17,275 bases of DNA from Amoeboradix gromovi X-113 (lineage: Eukaryota > Fungi > Sanchytriomycota), in contig JADGIF010000148.1 in NCBI GenBank assembly GCA_018985225.1, positions 1-17,275 of the forward strand, written 5' to 3'. Made by a program: the position numbers and the translations under genes. The notes beneath the pieces were generated by a model. It was not told the origin of the DNA, did not search any database, and saw nothing but the letters and a program-made list of their open reading frames with translations. How positions within the stretch are numbered: the stretch's first letter is position 1; each line of letters opens with the position of its first letter. This document shows positions 9,055 through 17,198 of this stretch, piece by piece.

Positions 9055-9163
9055 TAGCATACTGCTAATAAGTAAATAATATTAAATAAAGTCGTTATTC
9101 TTGTTGCACTGAATTTATTATTTAAAATATTTGCTTTAGTTTTTATATTTGATATCTCCCTTG

Positions 9164-9745
9164 TTAAGCTTCCATATCTTCTTCGGTGCTAACTTCATCA
9201 GGTATTACTCTTAACTTCAGGTCGTGCACAAAGTGCAAGTCAACCGTTCCTTTCAGCAAGCGCTGGATATAAAGCACTTGATCCTTATCTCCAATGATCT
9301 CAATAATTACGTCCAAGTACAGCTGATAAAATTCTTCTCCGTAGAAGAATTTGTCTTTAGGTTCAACAATATTGTAAACCTTTATTGTGGTGTCTTTGTA
9401 TGAATACATATGTCCGATATGCAGTCTATGGGTTCGAACCGCAGATCCAACTGAAGGTAAAAAGAAATGTGCAATCTCAGAAATGTCACCGTGTACCACA
9501 CTGTTAATTCTCTTTCTCCTAGTCAACCCATCCACTTGTTCCGGAGGTGATAGGTACAGAAGTTCCCAGTCCTTGCTATTGAACTCATTCTCCAAAGATA
9601 AGCTATTTGCGAGTTCTACTTTGTATGCTTTAAACTGCTTTGATGTCGTACAGTACAAATCTAAAGTTGTCCAGAGCAGCTTTGGTGGCTCTGCTCCACT
9701 AAATGAGCCATAAAGTGAGTATTCAATTTGTTCAACAATTGTCAT
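9164..9745 (-). CDS. Probable Mediator subunit Med18/Srb5-like protein
   Basis: EYSLYG near the N-terminus, WELLYLSPPE, GHMYSYKDTTIKVYNI and LKGTVDL are compatible with Med18. Likely ATG at 9745. Confidence 0.55.
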   Translation of the reverse strand: MTIVEQIEYSLYGSFSGAEPPKLLWTTLDLYCTTSKQFKAYKVELANSLSLENEFNSKDWELLYLSPPEQVDGLTRRKRINSVVHGDISEIAHFFLPSVGSAVRTHRLHIGHMYSYKDTTIKVYNIVEPKDKFFYGEEFYQLYLDVIIEIIGDKDQVLYIQRLLKGTVDLHFVHDLKLRVIPDEVSTEEDMEA

Positions 9746-9902
9746 GAGAAATAATGAAACTCCCCACAATATTAAAAAATCTATATATATATAGTCGAAA
9801 TTAATAATGGCGAGATTATTTCAGGACCTCTGCCGTAAATGACCTTCAAAGGTCTCCGATTAATTTAAAAGTAAAACGATTTATTTGAAATTCAAGAGGT
9901 CT

Positions 9903-11576
9903 TTAAAATTCAAAAGAAAGTTTCAAAATCAGTCCAGTCATTCCAAAAAACAGGACTATACTCAGCAACTTGGTAATGCTCTGAAATCTTTTTGATCTTC
10001 TATCTTCAAACAACATCATCGTCTTAAAATCTTTTGATTTTATCTTTGCTTCTTGAATCTGTGGTATAACCAGCGATATTGTCCATAATATTATGGTCAC
10101 TACTCCGCTCAATAGGATGGCAAAGTGATTAAAATGCATACATTGGAATAGCGGTCCACCTAAATGAGTTGGTGTCGAAGCGTTGACGCATTCTTGCTTA
10201 TATGCAAAATGAATTGCTAATCTGGTTCCCCCGAGAACTACTCCGATTACAAGCCCAAAATTGGCTGCTAGCTCTGTTATTCGTGGTGATATCATTCCCC
10301 AAACTACCACTGTAGTTAATACAGGTGAAATGTGATTCATTACCATTTGGGTAACCAAGTATATACTATCATGTTGAGTTTTTATTATCCTGGTCCATAA
10401 GATACCTACTACTATCATCGCGACTGTAAATAACCTGCCAACCAACACTAATTCAGAATCAGATGCATTTCTGCGGATAGTTCTTCTGTAAATATCTATG
10501 CTAAATATGGTGCTACTAGCATGAAAACAAGCGCTTAAGGATGCGGTCATGCTCGCAAATATGGCGCCTAGGATGATACCAGTAAGACCTGAAGGGAATA
10601 TATAGAGCATTAAATATGCATACGCTTTATTGGCTTCTTCTCCATTGCTCATATCTAATGAGCACCAGACCTGGTTATTAGGCACTTCCACGCCATGAAT
10701 GCACGATTCATAAAGCATTCTAGCTGTAAACCCAGGCACAATTATAATCCAAAATGTTGATAACTTTAAATATCCAGCTATAACAGTACCTAATCTACTG
10801 TCATCAATCGTCTTGCCACTGTTAGCGCGCTGGCACATCTCTTGGTCCAGGCACCAATACCATAGGCTAGCCAAACCTTGACCTATGAGCATTCCAACTG
10901 GACTATAATTAGGATCATCCAGACCTCTGAACAGTTTTAATAAATTCTCGTTGTTTGTCTGGTAAAACATATGAATTAGGTTACCTAATCCACCGAACAG
11001 GTTTAGACATACAATGCAGGCGCTTATACCACCAATTAAAAATATTGCCAGCTGAGCTATGTCAGTATACATTATGGCTGACAAGCCACCTACCGCTGTG
11101 TAAATACCAGTTAATACTAAAACGGTAGCCACAGAAATTTCAGAATTTAATCCTAAAATAGTCTCGAACAGGATGCTAGCGGCAAATACACTAGCGGATA
11201 TTTTAACTACTGTCGCCGCAAACAGAGTAATAAATGCACATAAAATTCTAGTCGTTTTATTAAATCTCTGCTCCAAATACTCAGGAACTGTACTAACATT
11301 TTTGTAGTAAATTGTAAAGACCCATCCTAGAAGCAGCAGTAGATAAGTAGCGTACCACTCATAAAGTACAACACCCATTCCTGTTGACGATGCAGCCGCT
11401 ATTTGACCCACAAAATGTTCACTGCCTATATTCGCAGCCATTAGAGATGGTCCGATTAACCAATATTCTGCCTTAAACGTAAAGTATTGCGATTTTGGAG
11501 TAGACTTTAAAAACGAGAATCCAAATAAACTAACAACTAGAATACAACATATGGCTATATCCAGGTTGGCGATCAT
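9903..11576 (-). CDS. Sodium:solute symporter, SGLT/SLC5-like
   Basis: SLMAANIGSEHFVG, YEW, TVPEYLEQRF, YTAVGGLSAIMYTD, WYWCLDQEMCQR, STIFSIDIY, ELVLVGR. Confidence 0.93.
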   Translation of the reverse strand: MIANLDIAICCILVVSLFGFSFLKSTPKSQYFTFKAEYWLIGPSLMAANIGSEHFVGQIAAASSTGMGVVLYEWYATYLLLLLGWVFTIYYKNVSTVPEYLEQRFNKTTRILCAFITLFAATVVKISASVFAASILFETILGLNSEISVATVLVLTGIYTAVGGLSAIMYTDIAQLAIFLIGGISACIVCLNLFGGLGNLIHMFYQTNNENLLKLFRGLDDPNYSPVGMLIGQGLASLWYWCLDQEMCQRANSGKTIDDSRLGTVIAGYLKLSTFWIIIVPGFTARMLYESCIHGVEVPNNQVWCSLDMSNGEEANKAYAYLMLYIFPSGLTGIILGAIFASMTASLSACFHASSTIFSIDIYRRTIRRNASDSELVLVGRLFTVAMIVVGILWTRIIKTQHDSIYLVTQMVMNHISPVLTTVVVWGMISPRITELAANFGLVIGVVLGGTRLAIHFAYKQECVNASTPTHLGGPLFQCMHFNHFAILLSGVVTIILWTISLVIPQIQEAKIKSKDFKTMMLFEDRRSKRFQSITKLLSIVLFFGMTGLILKLSFEF

Positions 11577-11640
11577 GTTTTACTCCTAAGTTAATTGCAC
11601 TTCACCTCACTCATTGATTTTGATCGAATAAATCATTTAT

Positions 11641-11823
11641 TATGATTACACGAAACCAGCCAAAGGAGCATGCAATCGGTGCAGACTTTTGCGACTGCAT
11701 GAAAAGTGGACAATCGTTTTCTCAAATATGGCAAATGGCTCCAAATCCTGAGGCTGGGAATTTCTAATCTAGAGAAATCGCTAGCGGATGTAGAGCCGGC
11801 TCTTTGCTCGGAACATTTTCTAG
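11641..11823 (+). pseudogene. Decayed Fanzor2/TnpB C-terminal tip
   Basis: One frame with several stops: YDYTKPAKGACNRC (CNRC at 11671-11682) ... FARNIF* (ARNIF at 11806-11820). It lies upstream of scaffold copy C. Confidence 0.45.
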
Positions 11824-11844
11824 AGATGATATGATGGTTTAAGT

Positions 11845-12038
11845 CAAGCGAAAGTAGTTGGTGGAACGTAATGACGCAATTATTAGTCAAACGTGTAATG
11901 TCTAGAAATATGAGCAAAACATTTGGAATCGTGCACATGAACAAAGACTTACATCTTTATAGCAGGCGACTGGCTTTTTCAATTTATGTGGAAAGTCTTG
12001 ATTTTTAGTAAACTAGGAGCTTTAATAAGCTTGGAAAG
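11845..12038 (+). ncRNA. Putative omega-RNA-like scaffold / element right end, copy C
   Basis: GCGAAAG at 11848, then CTGGC...TGTGGAAAGTCTTGATTTT..TAAACTAGGAGCTTT...GGAAAG. 11962-12038 is the exact reverse complement of 17199-17275. The 5' boundary is approximate. Confidence 0.68.
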
Positions 12039-12054
12039 TAATTTTGTTTATTTC

Positions 12055-13441
12055 TTAACTATATTGGCTTATGGACCTGTAGAAAGTGAGGCATATAAGC
12101 CCATTCAACAATACTACACTTGCAAACATACTCATTAGTATCCTAAATCCTAAAGATGTATATATAAATGTACTTATAGATGGCCCAATAAACATTCCTA
12201 TCGCCCAAGCGCAATTAAACAAACTATACACTTTCCCATGGCTGTTTGTGTTGCTTCCAATTAAGCTAGCAACGGGATTAAACATCAAACAGTTCCCAGT
12301 TCCCAGAAGCAAAAGTGCAACAATTTCCACCCAGAGAGCAGTAGATACACCTACTAGCACGTTAGAGCAGCTAGATAAAAGCATTCCGCATATCATTACT
12401 TTCAGACTACCGTGTTTATCTGCTAAACTGCCAAAGTATGATGAAAACAGAATATTAGGGACTGACATAACAATGAACATTAATCCTATGTGTGACGGGT
12501 TCAGATGAAATTCATCATTCAGATACAATGGTAAGACCGGCTCTAATCCTGATACTATACTAGCATTAAACAGAGTCAGTGTTAAACCGATTTGGACATT
12601 TGGCTTGCTTAACAACCCAGCAAAGGAATCATATCTATCATATTGCTCTTCTTGTTCCATTACCCAATTTCTTTTGACTTGAATTTGATAATCATCACTT
12701 ATTACCAGTCGATGAATAAAAGCCGCAATACTTAAAATTATGATAAATATAAATACAGAATTATACCCGAGAAATTCATAGAGTACACCACCAAGCATAG
12801 GTCCTATATTAATACATATTACCGATAAGGAATCCGATAAAGTTGTAAGTCAACACAGTTCCTAGCAGATTGCCCAAATTATCGGTGGCAATTTCACCAA
12901 TAACTGACAGTCCGATAGTCCAAGAAGCACCACCACTGACACCTGCAAGAAAACGAGCAACGAGTAAATGTGTAAATGCTGTACCAAGCATAAAGAACAA
13001 GCTACTAAGCATTAAACCAATGTATCCGATCAGCATAAAAATCTTTCTTTTTTGGTATTTGTCGCTTAAAAATCCGAATATAGGAGTAGCAATTAGCAAC
13101 CCAAATGCATAAGAGCCAAATAAGATACCGAGATAATCAGGAGATAAATTATATACCTGTGTAATCATTATTGGGAAAATGGGCAATATAATAGAATAAC
13201 TAAGCATGTCTAGAAATAAAGCAACGCATGTGCAGCTAACAACAGCATTAAATCCTAAATACCACGGTATGCTTTGAGAATTGTCTAATAAATTAGTAGT
13301 ATCAACTGGCGAAATCGGAGGGTCTAAGAACCTTTCGTTACTTTCAGCATCAAATTCTTGCTTTAAATTGTTTTGATTTAACAGAGTACCTTCTTCAATC
13401 CTAGCATCTGGTCTTAATAATAGCTGCTTTTTTTGTTTCAT
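12055..13441 (-). CDS. MFS transporter, SLC18/VMAT-like; two exons, join(13441..12823, 12803..12055)
   Basis: ALFLDMLSYSIILPIFP, GFLSDKY..RK, ARFLAGVSG, LEPVLP. Removing the 19-nt intron gives FLIGPMLGGVLYE, restoring the GPxxGG motif. Confidence 0.9.
12804..12822 (-). other. 19-nt spliceosomal intron
   Basis: GTAATATGTATTAATATAG has GT...AG ends, an in-frame TAA and a TTAAT branch-like motif. Its removal fuses two MFS half-ORFs in frame. Confidence 0.85.
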
Positions 13442-13569
13442 TTGGAGATTGCCCGAGCGGAAGCGTTTTTATTGGTACTTGGCACTTTAATGAGAGGACT
13501 TCAAAACGATGATCGAATCGGGGATAGAGGTAGACTCTTGCAAAACTCGGCCACAAAATAGTGTTTTGA

Positions 13570-15039
13570 ATGTTTTTTGAGACAAGCACAAATATGACTA
13601 GAGTTATATTTGACTCAATTCACAAGACAATTGAATTAGAAGACTATCTGTGGAGAATTGTGGATACTGACTACTTCCAGAGGCTGAGGCATTTGAAGCA
13701 AACTGGTATAAATAGTTATGTTTATGCATCTGCTACTCACTCTAGATTTGAACATTCAATTGGTGTATGTCATTTAGCTGGTGTCTTTATTAAGAAGCTA
13801 CATTACAAGCACCCCAATATTATTTCTAAACACGACATTATCTACATACAAATTGCAGCCTTGCTTCACGATGTAGGACACGGTCCCTTTTCTCATCTGT
13901 TCGAACGTGCGATGACACGACTGAATAAGAAGTTTGATCATGAACTGCAGTCTGTTACCATCTCTAAACTTATATTGACTTCAGTCCTCCCTATATGTAA
14001 ATTTGATTTTACGTTGGACTTAAACTTAGTAGCTGCAATCATCACTGGTGATACCGAACATCCTTATATAAAGTCCAAGCCATTTCTAAATGATATTGTG
14101 CACAACAGCAGCTCAGGCTTGGATGTTGACAAATTTGACTATTTGTTGCGCGACTCTTATCAATCTGGTATGTCGGTGACATTTGATGTCGATAGGATAT
14201 TTAAAATGGCTGTTTTGGCTTCCAAAATACCTAATTCATTGGACCCAAAGGATTATGTTCTAGCTTATCCTGAAAAAGAGAAATATCATTTATTAGAAGT
14301 TTTCACGAGTAGACACCGTATGCACAGACTTGTGTACACACATCCTGTATCAAGAGCTATTGAATTTATGGTTATAGATCTGTTTCAACTTGCAGATGAG
14401 TATTTCAATTTCTCAGAACTAATTCAAACCGACTATCTACGGCTGACAGATGACATCCTCTTAGAAATTGGTAGAAGCAGTAATTCTAAACTGAAAGAAG
14501 CCAGAAACATCTCGCAAAGAATAGGTAAAAGGCAGATTTACAAAAAAGTAATGCAGAAGATACTTCCCGAGAAAGTCTACAAGAGCTTGCTACTGCAGCA
14601 CAACAAAGACAAATATTTCATGCTAAAATATGCTGATGACATTGAATTTCCAAAAGATAACGTAATAGTTGATTTATTTAAAGTGAATTTTGGCAAAGGA
14701 ACTCAGAATCCGATTCAATGGATCAATTACGTAGATAGGGACCATAATTTGATTCCATTAGAGTCTTTTAGAATGGAAGATGTGACAGGGACAGGACCAG
14801 TAGCATTTGAGGAGTATATGTTGCGAATATATTGTAAAAATGAAGAATATTTACCAAAAGTACTGGATATTGTTGAAAAGTATTGGAATTTGGAATTGTC
14901 TAATAGTTGTAGAGGACCATTTGTGAATTATACTCCAAAAAAGAATCATGACCATGAGGCTGATAAATTATTGTCAAATGATTTGAGTTTATCACCAACA
15001 CCCGCTGGGAACCATAAAAAAAGAAGATTTGGGGAATAA
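13570..15039 (+). CDS. SAMHD1-like HD-domain dNTP triphosphohydrolase (no SAM domain)
   Basis: FQRLRHLKQ, HSRFEHSIGV, LLHDVGHGPFSHLFE, DVDKFDYLLRD, VYTH. The start could be ATG 13594. Confidence 0.93.
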   Translation: MFFETSTNMTRVIFDSIHKTIELEDYLWRIVDTDYFQRLRHLKQTGINSYVYASATHSRFEHSIGVCHLAGVFIKKLHYKHPNIISKHDIIYIQIAALLHDVGHGPFSHLFERAMTRLNKKFDHELQSVTISKLILTSVLPICKFDFTLDLNLVAAIITGDTEHPYIKSKPFLNDIVHNSSSGLDVDKFDYLLRDSYQSGMSVTFDVDRIFKMAVLASKIPNSLDPKDYVLAYPEKEKYHLLEVFTSRHRMHRLVYTHPVSRAIEFMVIDLFQLADEYFNFSELIQTDYLRLTDDILLEIGRSSNSKLKEARNISQRIGKRQIYKKVMQKILPEKVYKSLLLQHNKDKYFMLKYADDIEFPKDNVIVDLFKVNFGKGTQNPIQWINYVDRDHNLIPLESFRMEDVTGTGPVAFEEYMLRIYCKNEEYLPKVLDIVEKYWNLELSNSCRGPFVNYTPKKNHDHEADKLLSNDLSLSPTPAGNHKKRRFGE

Positions 15040-15283
15040 AAGCAATAAATTTATTTGAATTAAAATGTATTTACTTCTTCAAGAGTGCTGAAATTGGCAA
15101 TTGCTGGTTCAGCTTTGAGTATTTTAAAGCCAGCTGCGATACTGGTATATCTTGTTGTTCATTTGCCAATTGCTTTAATGCTGTCATAGAATCCAATTCC
15201 ATGATATTTAACAGGCGAAACATTGATGACCGCGCTTTTCCATACCGCTAATCCAGGTGCTTGGCGTGTTGCATATAAGTGAA

Positions 15284-15811
15284 TCACTATATGGGACACC
15301 AAATATAAAAACTAGACTAGCTCGTTTTTAAAGGAGGTGCTCCATACGGAGGAAATCATTAATAAAAGATCTTTTATTATACCAATTTTCTTTCATTGAT
15401 TGTATTCCTCTTTTCAAAATAAAACTAGAAGACCCACTATCTCTTTCAAATATATGAGGTCTTTGAGCATCTAAGCAAAAGGTGCATTTTCTTAGACGTT
15501 ATTCTTTTTTAGAGTCATTTTGTAATGTTATGCTAACATCATTACTCTTATCTATTCTAGTTTTTACAGAGTAATAGTGATATTTTGTTTGAAATAAAGA
15601 TTGGATGAAAGAGTAAGAGAATAACTGTACAGAATATTTATTTTTGAATTTCGATACAAAAAGTTATTTATTTTCCTTTCATACTCGTCAACTCCGCAAC
15701 TAGCTGAATGTCCACTCGTCTCTTAAATCCATAAAGTAATAAAGCTGAAATAATGTTCAAAGTTGTTACAGAAAGTTAGTCCAGTTTCTATATTTGATGT
15801 CCCATATGTGA
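15284..15811. mobile_element. Possible MITE / non-autonomous TIR element remnant
   Basis: Inverted repeat of about 36 bp: 15284-15319 TCACTATATGGGACACCAAATATAAAAACTAGACTA versus the reverse complement of 15777-15811 TCAC-ATATGGGACATCAAATATAGAAACTGGACTA. No clear TSD or internal ORF. Confidence 0.5.
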
Positions 15812-15820
15812 CGCTCTGAA

Positions 15821-15927
15821 CTGTCTCCTCGTTAAAAGCCCTGATTTCCGAGAAAATCGAGAATATCCACAGAGAAACTAGCAATGCTAGATCTCCGGTA
15901 CAGTGATTGCTCACGCTTTCACTACCC
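15821..15927 (-). ncRNA. Putative Fanzor2 omega-RNA scaffold, copy D
   Basis: Lies immediately downstream of the zinc-ribbon/DRD remnant. Contains GTAGTGAAAGCGTGAGCAATCAC, hairpin CTAGC-ATT-GCTAG, TGTGGATA, GATTTTCTCGGAAATC and terminal ACAG. Confidence 0.72.
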
Positions 15928-15950
15928 TGAGGCGGGATTGAATAAGGATG

Positions 15951-16170
15951 CATATACTTGATGTATACGTCTCTATCTATCTTCAAATGACAATCGGTAC
16001 AAGTGTAGGTTTCTAAATTAGTTTTCTTCAGAGTACCACACCTTGTACATGGCATCGAATTTCCTGTTTGGACCAGCTTATCAGTCTGAGACGAATGTAT
16101 GCTGTACCTGCTAGTTATTTCTTTAGATTTGATTTACCATTTGCGAAAAGAATTTCGAGTATTTAGGCTA
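15951..16170 (-). pseudogene. Fanzor2 / IS607-TnpB-like RNA-guided nuclease remnant (C-terminal part)
   Basis: SMPCTRCG-x10-CTDC-HLKIDRDV is the TnpB/Fanzor zinc ribbon plus RuvC-III DRD. Upstream frameshifted pieces PKY..SQMV and IRLRLISWSKQ fit the Fanzor2 LPxF.TS.MV and F(R/K)xRL segments. Confidence 0.8.
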
Positions 16171-16758
16171 TTAAAAAAATCTGGAAAAGTCTTGAAGTTA
16201 TACAAAAATACATACAAATTCGCGATAAATGATTTATTAAAGAAAATAGTCAAGCTGTATGCTCCGTTGTAGTGATTTCTCATGCTTCAACTACTCTGAG
16301 ACCAGATTAAACAGGAATGCATGCACTGAAATTATATGATACTTACTACCACATGGTCTCTATCCTTCCAGATTACAACTCAATTGATGAAAAGATAGAA
16401 TGCCAAATATTTTTTCAATTGAAAAGTCTGCAGAGAGACTAATATTGGAGCAATACAGCTCATGTTATCACAATAAATGATTTATTTAATGAAAAGAATG
16501 ATAGGTCATTACAAACGCACGTTGCATTGACACGTTTATTACTTGTAAGATGGATCCTGTGATAATTTAAAGGAAACAAAATAAACTAGCTAAATGTTCC
16601 GCTGCTGCTCGTTGATTTAGTTTTCTGTTTATTCCAGTGAAATTAATTAATTTGTTTTTCAACCAATGAAATGTTGCATTACATTGCCTTCCGCACCTCT
16701 AAAACAATTAGACATGGAGTCGTAATATAAATGGGAGCGAGTCCCTTAAACTATAAAA

Positions 16759-17148
16759 ATGTCCATTTCCAAAGGAATAAAAAACTATCTACACACAATT
16801 CTAAGTGACGAGGTCTACGAGAAGCTAGTTATATTTAAGCATACCTTTAAGATTAACAAGAACGTATTTTTGGTCGCGATCAACTACTACGAGTGCATAA
16901 AGCACCTGAAAATGGAAAACCATACCCCATTTACATTGTTTGCGAGCTGCTTAGTACTTTCATTAAAAACATGTGAAGATGACAAGTGGATGAATAGTTA
17001 CATAGCTGAAGCGTTGGACATTGATTTAAGAACATTGTACACAATTGAAAAGACTATACTGACAAACATGAATTATAATCTCATAAATATTGAGGGAGTC
17101 CAGAGAACTAGGACTCAGTTAAGACGACTATCGATATCGACCATATAA
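16759..17148 (+). CDS. Small cyclin-box protein, Pcl/Pho80-like
   Basis: VFLVAINYYE, LFASCLVLSLKTCEDDKWMNSYIAE and LYTIEKTILTNMNYNL match the Pcl cyclin N-terminal box. Confidence 0.8.
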   Translation: MSISKGIKNYLHTILSDEVYEKLVIFKHTFKINKNVFLVAINYYECIKHLKMENHTPFTLFASCLVLSLKTCEDDKWMNSYIAEALDIDLRTLYTIEKTILTNMNYNLINIEGVQRTRTQLRRLSISTI

Positions 17149-17198
17149 AATAAATTAGATTTATACCATTAAAGTACAACATTTGAATTAGTTTTAAG

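Noticed and set aside
9780-9902. Small hairpin GACCT-TCAA-AGGTC and a TA run between the Med18-like and SGLT genes
   Set aside because: Too short to distinguish from chance or ordinary promoter/terminator sequence.
11633-11944. 103-aa minus-strand ORF
   Set aside because: No recognisable motif. It is antisense to the Fanzor remnant and scaffold C.
51-13589. Short shadow ORFs (51-269, 1659-2231, 2222-2440, 2322-2573, 2641-2871, 3382-3594, 4839-5072, 6416-6724, 7599-7859, 8001-8192, 9387-9713, 12086-12508, 12870-13112, 13401-13589)
   Set aside because: They are antisense to or overlap well-supported genes and carry no motifs.
15723-16055. 110-aa ORF as a functional protein
   Set aside because: Only the first ~35 aa are Fanzor-like. 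The rest reads through the RNA scaffold and an inverted repeat, and RuvC-I/II are absent.
112-17148. Non-standard genetic code (stop reassignment)
   Set aside because: Conserved genes are uninterrupted in the standard code and end in TAA or TGA. In-frame stops occur only in decayed regions and in the intron.
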